NCBI GenBank assembly: GCA_024679065.1
Contig: JAGIQG010000019.1
Location: forward strand, 16,678,001-16,742,000
Origin: Sphyrna mokarran
Lineage: Eukaryota
Direction of reading: 5' to 3'
DNA: 64,000 bases
Both the position numbers and the translations under genes were made by a program. Of the stretch, positions 12,101-27,100 are shown one piece after another. Below the pieces are notes generated by a model. The model saw only the letters and a list, made by a program, of their open reading frames with translations, was not told the origin of the DNA and made no database searches. Numbering within the stretch: position 1 is the first letter of the stretch; each line of letters begins with the position of its first letter.

Positions 12101-15100
12101 CTGGTGACAAATAGCATCCATAAATTTGATTTGCCCACTATACCTAAAACATTCCTCTGTTTTCACCTCCTTGTTTGCACCTACTTGTTCATTTGCTGCA
12201 GCATCAACCTTAGCCTTCTGAATATCCATTTCTTCCATGTGCGTGGAAATAATTGAATATTTGAAGACCACCGAATTCAGAAGTTATTTTATAAATAAAA
12301 GCAAAATACTGGAGATGCTGGAAATTCTGATTTAAAGATAATGCTGGATGAGTTCAGCAGGTCAGCGGCATCTGAAGAGAGAAACAGAGTTAAGGCATGG
12401 CTGCACTTGTCCCGAAAATGGAAAATCCCACCAGTGTCAGTGGATCTTTCCATTGTCCGCATCTCTCCAGCTTTCAATCACAAGGCAGGCAGAACAAGAA
12501 AATTTGCACCAGTATTAGATGACTCTTCCACAGATCCTTCTGCAGAAAGATTAGTTAGATCTGAAACATTAAATCATTTTCTCTCCAGAAGTACTAGTAG
12601 ATCTGCTGAGGATATCCACCATTTTCTATTTTATGGTCTAATCACAACAGCATGTTTGTAGGAAAGCCAACTAAATAAACTTTGCAGTCACACATTGCTA
12701 GATTTATGTTGCCTTGCCAGAGATTTGATCGCGTTTCTTGTTCTCCAAAAGAAACCAGAAAACCAGTTATGTTGTACTACAGTGAAGTTGATTGTGTTTC
12801 TTGTTCCCCAGAAGGGACCAGTAAACCAATAATATCAAGTACCAGCAGTTACACTATCGGGCATCTGGTGTCAGGCAATCAAATGTTATCTCCTGCCCAG
12901 CCGAAGTGGTTACGTGTAATTGTTGACTCACTGCTGAATATGTTGTCTTGGGAGAGGATGCTAGCTGTTGGGAAGTGTTTCTTGCCATAGATTAGGATTA
13001 CCTTGCAAAGACACTTGTGTTACAATTCTCCAGTGTTTTGAGGTGGCTGCTATAAGTTGTCCAATTTGACAAAGCAGAAAAGAGTGTGGTGCTCTGTGCT
13101 GTGCGATAAAGGAAAACCTTAGCCTCTTGTTGTAGGACAGGGCCACAATCATCTTTCCAAATCCTCTTCCAAGTGCATCTGAATCAACATTGGCTCAGAC
13201 AACTCCAGTCCATCAATTCAGTCCTTTAGTTTCATCCAATTCCTTTGGGATGGAGTTATTTGTAAAGTTCAGTATTCTCAGTCTGCAATCAGTGACATTT
13301 TCACATTCACAAAAACGGTGTTGTGACAAGCTCTCTCTTGGGAGGTTTCTCTATCGGAAAATCAGATGGTTAATGTTTCAATAGTTTCATCTGTAAGTTT
13401 GATCCTTTCATCCCATTTTGTGTCCTCTTGTGGCTGCTTATTACAATAAAATTTTCGGCAAAATTTTAACTCCTGTTCGTAAACGTACAGTTTGTTCTTC
13501 ATGCTGGTGCTCACAATCTGCAGACATTTCAATTCCAAAAGAGTTATTTCCAGATGTTGTCAATGTTGCTGTCTTGATAGAGTGCTGATTTTGAAAGGTC
13601 TTTCTTTGTCTGCAGTACCAATGACAACAACAACAACACAGGAAACAACGACCACAACTCGAAAACCTACTACAACAGGTTAGTGCTGTTTCCTTTGAAT
13701 ATTCACCAGCAAGTCTGTTCACAGAGATGTGCTTATTAGTTTCAGTGTCTGTTCAATCGGTCGGCTTTGCCCACACCTCCTATTCGAAAGAAATGGTTGA
13801 AAATTTACTCAAATTTGAATCATCAATTCGATTTGTGAACCTCATTTTGACACCAAGATCTATATGATGTTTTCTGGTAAACTGGACAGGAATACAATGG
13901 TGTTGACATGGTGGTGAATTGGGTTCATTCATTTTCTTCCCTTTCAGAAAGGGTCACTGTGACAGTAAAACTATCGGGTTTCAGCGCGAATTATAAATTT
14001 ATAATTTCAACATGGGGATGCGCTGTGACTATACTTTCCAAAGGGAAATGGTATTTTTACTGCTTGAATAAAGGTAGATCTGAGGTGGGAGCTCAGGGGA
14101 AATGCTGTGTGCATAAATGTTCATACCAGTGCACTCTTCTCAAATTTCCCTTATAGATATTATTCAGGGGAATGTCTCTTGTAGATTCAGTGAAAAAATA
14201 GGTTTTATCTGCCTCCACAAAGGTTTCTGCACTCTTCTTCTGCTCTGCTAACCTTACATGCTACTAGCTGGATTTTGTGCCTCAGGCTGCTAAATGGATG
14301 CTGCCTCCTGCTCCCACAAAAAAGTTGCCAAATATATAATTGTTTAGCTTTGAAGATTAAATATCTCCTCAGAGGATGGTGTCTCTTCACCAGATTCCCA
14401 TTATTTACAATCTTATCTCCACTTATAAAAGTGCGTCAGGATCAATGTCAAAATTCATAGTGTCAGCAGCCCTGACTCTCCCATTTCTATAAACAATTCA
14501 GACTCCCTGATTGGTGGGCAATTATTAGCTCAATCAGGGTGCTTATAGTGCAAGAAGCCAAACTCCTGACCTCATTGAGGTCATTACAAGATCCATTCTT
14601 ATAGCTGGCTCTATGCCTTTTGCTTGTGTTACTTCCAATATTAACATGAATGTCTTCCCCAAATTGTACCAATGCCTCCCCAAATTATTTCCAATTTGCA
14701 GGATGCTGTCTTCCTTTTTGGTCTGTCTACAACTGCTAATCTTGTTACTGCTTTTGCCATCCTGTGATACACCTTGTAAAATGTGGACCATTCAAGACAG
14801 CAACAAAGTAAATCTCACATTGAAACACTGTTAGCTTGATGTTGTCCAGCAGTGAAGTTGATTGTGTTTCTTGTTTTTCAGAAGTCATCACTGAAACAGT
14901 GAAACCAACGACAACCAGTTCCACTACCATCCCCCCTCCAGGTGAGTGAAATCTTCTTTCGTTACACAATAGCAAAACCGGTGTCGCAAACTGTTCATTT
15001 GGAGCAATTTCCAGGCAGTGGAAAGACACTGCTTCACACTTATTTCTAGTTAGTCCCTAACTTCCCAAGTGAACTCATCGATAACCGTGTGATTCAGATG

Positions 15101-18100
15101 AAGTTCAATGAGAACATATACATGAGAAGAAATGTTTTCTCTGTGTTTCTGTGTGTACTGTTCTCTCCTAGAATCGACTCGCTCAACAATATTTCCTGAA
15201 CCTATTCCGAAATATAGCCTGAGATTGGAATAATTTCTGCAGTCTCCATTACACAACGATGCTGATATGCAGCATCTTTGTCAAAGTTCAGTAGCTTCCA
15301 CAACAGCTGAATTAAATAAGCTAATGTTGGAAGTCTATTAACACATTTGGATTTCCAGTAGAGTGAAGTGGTTTTGAATAATTCTCTTTTCTGTAGAAGT
15401 GACAACTACAACAAAAGGAACACCAATTCCGACGACAACAGGTAATTGAGATTTTCCTTCAATATTGGAATCTCCCTATTAGACACTCCCTCGGTTTCCA
15501 TGATGACCTCTTTGAATTAGGGATCATGGGATGGCAGATGAGTCCAATGGATAATCTGCACGTTCTGCCACATGGGGGACAGACTTTGCTTCAAGAATAA
15601 TTTAGATAACGTGCTTGGGGATTTGTCTGCTCGTTCTGATATCTCAAATTTATCTGTGAGACAATGTTTCTTCGTGTGTTTCCATTTGGGTCAGTCAGAG
15701 GCCGAGCACTCCCATGAATTGACGGGGAAATTTGGAGTCATCAGGAATCGTTCAAAACAGCCCTGAAGTGCTTCTTCTGTCCCACGGGTATCTCCTTCTA
15801 TCAGTTCAGTATTCTCAAACTACAATCAGTGACATTTTCACATTCATAAAAACGGTGTTGTGACAAGCTCTCCCTTGGGAGGATTCTCCATTGGAAAATC
15901 GGATCGTTAATGTTTCAACGGTTTCATCTGTAAATTTGATCGTTTCATCCCATTCTGTGTCCCTTTGTGGCTGCTTATTCTAATACAATTTTCGGGAAAA
16001 TCTTCACTCCTGTTCGTAAATGTACACTTTGTACTTCAATGCTGGTGCTCACAGTCTACAGACATTTCAATTCCAAAAGAGTTATCTCCAGATGTTGTCA
16101 ATGTTGCTGTCTTGATAGAGTGCTGATTTTGAAAGATCTTTCTTTGTCTGCAGTACCAACGACAACAACAACAACACAGGAAACACCAACCACACCTGGG
16201 AAACCGACTACAACAGGTTAGTGCTGTTTCCTTTCAATATTCACCAGCATGGCTTTTCACAGTGGTGTGCTTATCTGCTTCAGTGTCTGTTCATTTGTTC
16301 AGTCTTGCCCACACCTCTTGTTCGAAAGAAACGGTTGAAAATTTACTCAAATTTGAATCATCAATTGGATTTGTGAACCTCATTTTGACACCAAGATCTA
16401 TATGATAGTCGATATGATGGTTTTCTGGTCAAAGGGGAGAGGAGTACAATGGTGTTGACATTGTGGTGAATTGGTTTCATTCTTTCTTTTCTCCTTCAGA
16501 AAGGGTCACTACAACAGTGAAACCATCTACCATTGGGCCCCCTCCAGGCTCCACATCAGGTGAGTAACGGCTTCTTTGCTTCAACCGCAGCAAGAGCTGG
16601 AAACAAGTGAAATAAACACAGATAGTGGTGGAAATATTCAGCAACGCTGACAACACCTGCTGAGTATGTGCAGCACTTTCTGTTTGCATATCAGATTTCC
16701 AGCAAGCACAGCATTTCACATTTTGTTCAATGCAAAAGGGACCTCATTTCATCGCAAATGACAAATTCATCATTTCACCATGGGGACGCGCTGTGACTGT
16801 ATTATCGAAAGGGAAATGGCATTTTTACTGCCTGAATAAAGGTAGATCTGAGGTGGGAGCTGAGGGGAAATGCTGTGTGCATAAATGTTCACACCAGTCA
16901 CTCTTCTCAAATTCCCCTTTTAGACAATGCCCGTCCATTCAGTCAGACTTATCAACATTTTCTTATGGAGTGTTTCAAATCGTCTGAATCCAGATTTACT
17001 AGTGCAAACAAGACAATTGCAACAAAGCCAGCTGTCACAAAGCTGGCTGATGTTAACTGCGAGAATGTCCCAATTGGGAAACACCAATTCATGGAGTGTG
17101 CACTTTTGTCTGCTGGAACAGTGAAAGGGACCACGTGTAATTCCCACAGAGAACAATAACCAGCCAAATCATTGTATAATACTTATTAATATCTGTTTAT
17201 TACAATGAAGAAAAGACACATTTACACACAAACAGGAGTATAAAACATTTATAAATAAGACTAGTAAACCCACCCACCACCAGTTTAATAAGGAATTACC
17301 GTTCTGATCCAAAGCAGGTTTAAAAGATCTGAACTATTTCAGGACTTCCCTCTTTCGCAATAGCATCCAATTCAACAGATATATAAATAAAGGCCAGCTT
17401 ACATTTAACACTGTATCATTATTCTGGGAAACTTCTCTTGTAGGTTCAGCGAAGCAATGGGTTTTATCTGCTTCCACAAAGGTTTCTGCACTCTTGCTTC
17501 TGCTCTGCTAACCAGCAGCACCTTACATGTTGCTAGCTGTATATTGTGCCTCAGGCTACTAAATGGATGCTGCCTCCTGCTTCCACAAAAAAGTTGCCAA
17601 GTATATAATTGTTTAGCTTTGAAGATTGAAATATCTCCTCAGAGGATGGTGTCTCTTCACCAGATTCCTATTATTTACAATCTTATCTCCACTTACAAGA
17701 CTGCGTCAGGATCAAAGTCAAAATTCAGAATGTCAGCAACCCTGACACTACCATTTGTATATACAATTCAGACTCCCTGGTTGGTGGGCAATTATTAGCT
17801 CAATCAGGGAGCTTACAGTGCAATAAGACAAACTTCTGGCCTCATTGACGTCATTACAAGATCCATTCTTATAGCTGGCTCTATACCTTCATGCTTGTGT
17901 TACTTCCAATATTAACATGAATGTGTTCCCCAAATTGTACCAATGCCTCCCCAAATTATTTCCAATTTGCAGGATGCTGTGTTTCTTTTTGGTCTGTCTA
18001 CAACTGCTAATCTTGTTATTGAGTTTCCCATCCTGTGATACACCTTGTTAAGTGTTTGCGCATTTCTGACAATAATAAAGTAAATCTCACAGTAAAACAG

Positions 18101-21100
18101 TGTTAGTTTTATGTTGTCCAGCAGTGAAGTTAATTGTGTTTCTTGTTCTTCAGAAGTCATCACTACAACAGTGAAACCAACAACAAGCAGTTCCACTACC
18201 ATCCCCCCACCAGGTGAGTGAAATCTCTTTTCTTACACAATAGTAAAACCGGTGTCACAAACTGTTCATTTGCAGTAATTTCCAGGCAGTGGAAAGACAC
18301 TGCTTCACACTTATTTCTAGTTAGTTCCTAACTTCCCAACTGAACGTATTGATAACGGACTGATTCAAATGAAGCTGGATGAGAACATGTACATGAGAAG
18401 AAATGTTTTCTCTGTGTTTCTGTGTGTACTGTTCTCTCCTAGAATCCACTCACTCAACAATATTTCCTGAACCTGTTCCTAAATATCACCTGACATTGGA
18501 ATAATTTCTGCAGTCTGCATTACACAATGATGCTGATATGCAGCATCTTTGTCAAAGTTCAGTAGTTTCCACAACAGCTGAATTAAATAAGCTAATGTTG
18601 GAAGTCTATTAACACAGTTGGATTTCCAGTAGAGTGAAGTGGTTTTGAATAATTCTCTTTTCTGTAGAAGTGACAACTACAACAAAAGGAACACCAATTC
18701 CGACGACAACAGGTAATTGAGATTTTCCTTCAATATTGGAATCTCCCTATTAGACACTCCCTCAGTTTCCATGATGACTTCTTTCCATTTGGGATCATGG
18801 GATGGCAGATGAGTCCAATGGATAATCTGCACGTTCTGCCACATGGGGGACAGACTTGCTTCGAGAATAATTTAGATAACGTGCTTGGGGATTTGTGTGC
18901 CCGTTCTGATATCTCAAATTTATCTGTGAGACAATGTTTCTTCGTGTGTTTCCATTTGGGTCAGTCAGAGGCCGAGCACTCCCATGAATTGACGGGGAAA
19001 TTTGGAGTCATCAGGAATCGTTCAAGACAGCCCTGAAGTGCTTCTTCTGTCTCACGGGTATCTCCTTCTATCAGCGCACTCTGGGCAAAGCCGTTGTCTT
19101 GGGAGTCTGGTGTCAGGCAATCAAATGTCATCTTCTGCCCAGCCGAAGTAGTTACGTGTAATTGTTGACTCACTGCTGAATATTTTGTCATGGGAGAGCT
19201 TGCTGGCTGTTGGAAAGCCTTTCTTGCCATAGATTAGAAGGACCTTGCAAAGACGCTCGTGTTACAATTTTCCAGTGTTTTGAGATGGCTGCTATAAGTT
19301 GTCCAATTTGACAAAGCAGAAAAGAGTGTGGTGCTCTGTGCTGTGCGATAAAGGAAAACATGAGCCTCTTGTTGTAGTACAGGGCCACAATCATCTTTTC
19401 AAATCCTCTTCCAAATGCATCTTAATCAACATTGGCTCAGACAACTCCAGTCCATCAATTCAGTCCTTTAGTTTCATCCAATTCCTTTGGGATGGAGTTA
19501 TTTGTAAAGTTCAGTATTCTCAATCTGCAATCAGTGACGTTTTCACATTCACAAAAACTGTGTTGTGACAAGCTCTCCCTTGGGAGATTTCTCGATCGGA
19601 AAATCAGATTGTTAATGTTTCAACAGTTTCATTTGTAAGTTTGATCCTTTCATCCCATTTATGTCCTTTTGTGGCTGCTTATTCTAATACAATTTTCGGG
19701 AAAATCTTCACTCCTGTTCGTAAATGTACACTTTGTACTTCAATGCTGGTGCTCACAGTCTACAGACATTTCAATTCCAAAAGAGTTATCTCCAGATGTT
19801 GTCAATGTTGCTGTCTTGATAGAGTGCTGATTTTGAAAGATCTTTCTTTGTCTGCAGTACCAACGACAACAACAACAACACAGGAAACACCAACCACACC
19901 TGGGAAACCGACTACAACAGGTTAGTGCTGTTTCCTTTCAATATTCACCAGCATGGCTTTTCACAGTGGTGTGCTTATCTGCTTCAGTGTCTGTTCATTT
20001 GTTCAGTCTTGCCCACACCTCTTGTTCGAAAGAAACGGTTGAAAATTTACTCAAATTTGAATCATCAATTGGATTTGTGAACCTCATTTTGACACCAAGA
20101 TCTATATGATAGTCGATATGATGGTTTTCTGGTCAAAGGGGAGAGGAGTACAATGGTGTTGACATTGTGGTGAATTGGTTTCATTCTTTCTTTTCTCCTT
20201 CAGAAAGGGTCACTACAACAGTGAAACCATCTACCATTGGGCCCCCTCCAGGCTCCACATCAGGTGAGTAACAGCTTCTTTTCTTCAACAGCAGCAAGAG
20301 CTGGAAACAAGTGAAATAAACACAGATAGTGGTGGAAATATTCAGCAACGCTGACAACACCTGCTGAGTATTTGCAGCACTTTCTGTTTGCATATCAGAT
20401 TTCCAGCAAGCACAGCATTTCACATTTTGTTCAGTGCAAAAGGGACCTCATTTCATCGCAAATGATAAATTCATCATTTCACCATGGGGACGCGCTGTGA
20501 CTGTATTATCGAAAGGGAAATGGCATTTTTACTGCCTGAATAAAGGTAGATCTGAGGTGGGAGCTGAGGGGAAATGCTGTGTGCATAAATGTTCACACCA
20601 GTGCACTCTTCTCAAATTCCCCTTTTAGACAACGCCCGTCCATTCAGTCAGACTTATCAACATTTTCTTATGGAGTGTTTCAAATCGTCTGAATCCAGAT
20701 TTACTATTGCAAACAACACAATTGCAACAAAGCCAGCTGTCACAAAGCTGGCTGATGTTAACTGCGAGAATGTCCCAATTGGGAAACACCAATTCATGGA
20801 GTGTGCACTTTTGTCTGCTGGAACAGTGAAAGGGACCACGTGTAATTCCCACAGAGAACAATAACCAGCCAAATCATTGTATAATACTTATTAATATCTG
20901 TTTATTACAATGAAGAAAAGACACATATACACACAAACAGAGTATAAAACTTTATAATAAGACTATAAACCCACCCAGCGCCCCGGCCCGTTTAATAGGA
21001 ATTAACCGTTCTGTCAAAGCAGGTTTAAAATATCTGAACTATTTCTGTTGGAAGTCTATTAATACAGCTGGACTTCCAGTCAGAGTGCAGTGGTTTTGAA

Positions 21101-24100
21101 TAATTTTCTTTTCCTGTAGCAGTGACAACTACAACAAAAGGAACACCAATTCCGACGACAACAGGTAATTGAGTTTTTCCTTCAATATTGGAATCTCCTC
21201 ATTAGACACTCCCTCGGTTTCAATGGTAACTTCTTTCCATTAGGGATCATGTGATGGCAGATGAGTCCAATGGACAATCTACACGTTCTGCCACATGCCG
21301 GACAGACTTGCTTCAAAAATAATTTAGATATCGTGCTTGGGGATTTGTGTGCTCGTTCCCATATCTCAAATTTATCTGTGAGACAGTGTTTCTCAGGTCA
21401 GTCAGAGGCCAAGCACTCCCATGAATTGACGGGGAAGTTTGGTGTCATCAGGAATCATTCAAGACAGCCCTGGAGTGCTTCTTCTGTCCCACGGGTATCT
21501 CCTTCTATCAGCGCTCTCTGGACAAAGCCGTTGTCTTGGGAGTCTGGTGTCAGGCAATCAAGTGTCATTTTCTGCCCAGCCAAAGTGGTTACATGTAATT
21601 GTTGACTCACTGCTGAATATGTTGTCTTGGGAGAGGATGCTGGCTGTAGGAAAGCCTTCCTTGCCATAGATTAGAAGGACCTTGCAAAGACACTCGTGTT
21701 ACAATTCTCCAGTGTTTTGAGGTGGCTGCTGTCAGTTGTCCAATTTGACAAAGCAGAAAAGAGTGTGGTGCTCTGTGCTGTGCGATAAAGGAAAACCTTA
21801 GCCTCTTGTTGTAGTACAGGACCACAATCATCTTTTCAAATCCTCTTTCAAGTGCATCTCAATCAACATTGGCTCAGACAACTCCAATCCATCAATTCAG
21901 CCCTTTGTTTCATCCAATTCCATTGGGATGGAGTTATTTGTAATGTTCAGTATTCTCAATCTGTAATCAGTGATGTTTTCACATTCACAAAAACGGTGTT
22001 GTGACAAGCTCTCGCTTGGGAGGTTTCTCGATCGGAAAATCAGATTGTTAATGTTTCAGCAGTTTCATTTGTAAGTTTGATCCTTTCATCCCATTTATGT
22101 CCTTTTGTGGCTGCTTATTCTAATAAAATTTTCGGCAAAATTTTCACTCCTGTTCGTAAATGTACACTTTGTACTTCATGCAGGTGCTCACAGTCTACAG
22201 ACATTTCAATTCCAAAAGAGTTATTTCCAGATGTTGTCAATGTTGCTGTCTTGATAGAGTGCTGATTTTGAAAGGTCTTTCTTTGTCTGCAGTACCAACG
22301 ACAACAACAACAACACAGGAAACACCAACCACACCTGGGAAACCGACTACAACAGGTTAGTGCTGTTTCCTTTCAATATTCACCAGCATGGCTTTTCACA
22401 GTGGTGTGCTTATCTGCTTCAGTGTCTGTTCATTTGTTCAGTCTTGCCCACACCTCTTGTTCGAAAGAAACGGTTGAAAATTTACTCAAATTTGAATCAT
22501 CAATTGGATTTGTGAACCTCATTTTGACACCAAGATCTATATGATAGTCGATATGATGGTTTTCTGGTCAAAGGGGAGAGGAGTACAATGGTGTTGACAT
22601 TGTGGTGAATTGGTTTCATTCTTTCTTTTCTCCTTCAGAAAGGGTCACTACAACAGTGAAACCATCTACCATTGGGCCCCCTCCAGGCTCCACATCAGGT
22701 GAGTAATGGCTTCTTTTCTTAAACAGCAGCAAGAGCTGGAAACAAGTGAAATAAACACAGATAGTGGTGGAAATATTCAGCAACGCTGACAACACCTGCT
22801 GAGTATGTGCAGCACTTTCTGTTTGCATATCAGATTTCCAGCAAGCACAGCATTTCACATTTTGTTCAATGCAAAAGGGACCTCATTTCATCGCAAATGA
22901 CAAATTTATCATTTCACCATGGGGACGCGCTGTGACTGTATTATCGAAAGGGAAGTGGTATTTTTACTGCCTGAATAAAGTTAGATCTGAGGTGGGAGCT
23001 GAGGGGAAATGCTGAGTGCATAAATGTTGACACTAGTGCACTCTTCTCAAATTCCAATTTTAGACAACGCCATCCATTCAATCAGTCTTGTCAACATTAC
23101 CATATGGAGTGTTTCAAATTGTCTGAATCCAGATTTACTATTGCAAACAACACAATTGCAACGACAGCTGTCACAAAACTGTCTGATGTTAACTGCGAGA
23201 ATGTCCCAATTGGGAAACACCAGTTCATGGAGTGTGCACTTTTGTCTGCTGGAACAGTGAAAGGGACCATATGTAATTCCCACAGAGAACAATAACCAGC
23301 CGAATCATTGTATAACACTTACTAATGTCTATTTTTTACAATGAAGACAAAATACACACAAACAGGATTAGAAGACATTTATGCATAAGACTAGTAAACC
23401 CACCCACACAGTTAACAAGGAATTACCATTCTGATCCAAAGCAGGTTTACAAGATCTGAAATATTTCAGGACTTCCTTCTTTCGCAATAGCATCCAATTC
23501 AACAGATAGATAAATGAAGGCCAGCTTACAGTTGACACTGCATCATTATTCTGGGAAACGTCTCTTGTAGGTTCAGCGAAGCAATGGGTTTTATAGCTTC
23601 CACAAAGGTTTCTGCGCTCTTGCTTCTGCTCTGCTAACCAGCAGCACCTTACATGTTGCTAGCTGTATATTGTGCCTCAGGCTACTAAATGGATGCTGCC
23701 TCCTGCTTCCACAAAAAAGTTGCCAAGTATATAATTGTTTAGCTTTGAAGATTGAAATATCTCCTCAGAGGATGGTGTCTCTTCACCAGATTCCCATTAT
23801 TTACAATCTTATCTCGACTTATTAGAGTGCGTCAGGATCAAAGTCAAAATTCAGAGTGTCAGCAACGCTGAGAATTATTAGCTCAATCAGGGAGCTTATA
23901 GTGCAAGAAGCCAAACTTCTGGCCTCATTGAGGTCATTACAAGATCCATTCTTATAGCTGGCTCTATGTCTTCTTGCTTGTGTTACTTCCAATATTAACA
24001 TGAATGTCTTCCCTAAAGTGTACCAATGCCTCCCCAAATTATTTCCAATTTGCAGGATGCTGTGTTTCTTTTTGGTCTGTCTACAACTGCTAATCTTGTT

Positions 24101-27100
24101 ATTGAGTTTCCCATCCTGTGATACATCTTGTTAAGTGTTTGCGCATTTACGACAATAATAAAGTAAATCTCACAGTAAAACAGTGTTAGCTTTATGTTGT
24201 CCAGCAGTGAAGTTGACTGTGTTTCTTGTTCTTCAGAAGTCATCACTACAACAGTGAAACCAACGACAACCAGTTCCACCACCATCCCCCCACCAGGTGA
24301 GTGAAAGCTTCTTTTGTTACACAATAGCAAAACCTTGTGTCATAAACTGTTCATTTGCACCAATTTCCAGGCAGTGGAAAGACACTGCTTCACACTGATT
24401 TCTAGTTAGTTCCTAACTTCCCAACTGAACGTATTGATAACGGACTGATTCAGATGAAGCTGGATGAGAACATGTACATGAGAAGAAATGTTTTCTCTGT
24501 GTTTCTGTGTGTACTGTTCTCTCCTAGAATCCACTCACTCAACAATATTTCCTGAACCTGTTCCTAAATATCACCTGACATTGGAATAATTTCTGCAGTC
24601 TGCATTACACAATGATGCTGATATGCAGCATCTTTGTCAAAGTTCAGTAGTTTCCACAACAGCTGAATTAAATAAGCTAATGTTGGAAGTCTATTAACAC
24701 AGTTGGATTTCCAGTAGAGTGAAGTGGTTTTGAATAATTCTCTTTTCTGTAGAAGTGACAACTACAACAAAAGGAACACCAATTCCGACGACAACAGGTA
24801 ATTGAGATTTTCCTTCAATATTGGAATCTCCCTATTAGACACTCCCTCGGTTTCCATGATGACTTCTTTGAATTAGGGATCATGGGATGGCAGATGAGTC
24901 CAATGGATAATCTGCACGTTCTGCCACATGGGGGACAGACTTTGCTTCGAGAATAATTTAGATAACGTGCTTGGGGATTTGTCTGCTCGTTCTGATATCT
25001 CAAATTTATCTGTGAGACAATGTTTCTTCGTGTGTTTCCATTTGGGTCAGTCAGAGGCCGAGCACTCCCATGAATTGACGGGGAAATTTGGAGTCATCAG
25101 GAATCGTTCAAGACAGCCCTGAAGTGCTTCTTCTGTCTCACGGGTATCTCCTTCTATCAGCGCACTCTGGGCAAAGCCGTTGTCTTGGGAGTCTGGTGTC
25201 AGGCAATCAAATGTCATCTTCTGCCCAGCCGAAGTAGTTACGTGTAATTGTTGACTCACTGCTGAATATTTTGTCATGGGAGAGCTTGCTGGCTGTTGGA
25301 AAGCCTTTCTTGCCATAGATTAGAAGGACCTTGCAAAGACGCTCGTGTTACAATTTTCCAGTGTTTTGAGATGGCTGCTATAAGTTGTCCAATTTGACAA
25401 AGCAGAAAAGAGTGTGGTGCTCTGTGCTGTGCGATAAAGGAAAACATGAGCCTCTTGTTGTAGTACAGGGCCACAATCATCTTTTCAAATCCTCTTCCAA
25501 ATGCATCTTAATCAACATTGGCTCAGACAACTCCAGTCCATCAATTCAGTCCTTTAGTTTCATCCAATTCCTTTGGGATGGAGTTATTTGTAAAGTTCAG
25601 TATTCTCAATCTGCAATCAGTGACGTTTTCACATTCACAAAAACTGTGTTGTGACAAGCTCTCCCTTGGGAGATTTCTCGATCGGAAAATCAGATTGTTA
25701 ATGTTTCAACAGTTTCATTTGTAAGTTTGATCCTTTCATCCCATTTATGTCCTTTTGTGGCTGCTTATTCTAATACAATTTTCGGGAAAATCTTCACTCC
25801 TGTTCGTAAATGTACACTTTGTACTTCAATGCTGGTGCTCACAGTCTACAGACATTTCAATTCCAAAAGAGTTATCTCCAGATGTTGTCAATGTTGCTGT
25901 CTTGATAGAGTGCTGATTTTGAAAGATCTTTCTTTGTCTGCAGTACCAACGACAACAACAACAACACAGGAAACACCAACCACACCTGGGAAACCGACTA
26001 CAACAGGTTAGTGCTGTTTCCTTTCAATATTCACCAGCATGGCTTTTCACAGTGGTGTGCTTATCTGCTTCAGTGTCTGTTCATTTGTTCAGTCTTGCCC
26101 ACACCTCTTGTTCGAAAGAAACGGTTGAAAATTTACTCAAATTTGAATCATCAATTGGATTTGTGAACCTCATTTTGACACCAAGATCTATATGATAGTC
26201 GATATGATGGTTTTCTGGTCAAAGGGGAGAGGAGTACAATGGTGTTGACATTGTGGTGAATTGGTTTCATTCTTTCTTTTCTCCTTCAGAAAGGGTCACT
26301 ACAACAGTGAAACCATCTACCATTGGGCCCCCTCCAGGCTCCACATCAGGTGAGTAACAGCTTCTTTGCTTCAACAGCAGCAAGAGCTGGAAACAAGTGA
26401 AATAAACACAGATAGTGGTGGAAATATTCAGCAACGCTGACAACACCTGCTGAGTATGTGCAGCACTTTCTGTTTGCATATCAGATTTCCAGCAAGCACA
26501 GCATTTCACATTTTGTTCAATGCAAAAGGGACCTCATTTCATCGCAAATGACAAATTCATCATTTCACCATGGGGACGCGCTGTGACTGTATTATCGAAA
26601 GGGAAATGGCATTTTTACTGCCTGAATAAAGGTAGATCTGAGGTGGGAGCTGAGGGGAAATGCTGTGTGCATAAATGTTCACACCAGTCACTCTTCTCAA
26701 ATTCCCCTTTTAGACAATGCCCGTCCATTCAGTCAGACTTATCAACATTTTCTTATGGAGTGTTTCAAATCGTCTGAATCCAGATTTACTAGTGCAAACA
26801 AGACAATTGCAACAAAGCCAGCTGTCACAAAGCTGGCTGATGTTAACTGCGAGAATGTCCCAATTGGGAAACACCAATTCATGGAGTGTGCACTTTTGTC
26901 TGCTGGAACAGTGAAAGGGACCACGTGTAATTCCCACAGAGAACAATAACCAGCCAAATCATTGTATAATACTTATTAATATCTGTTTATTACAATGAAG
27001 AAAAGACACATATACACACAAACAGGAGTATAAAACATTTATAAATAAGACTAGTAAACCCACCCACCACCAGTTTAATAAGGAATTACCGTTCTGATCC

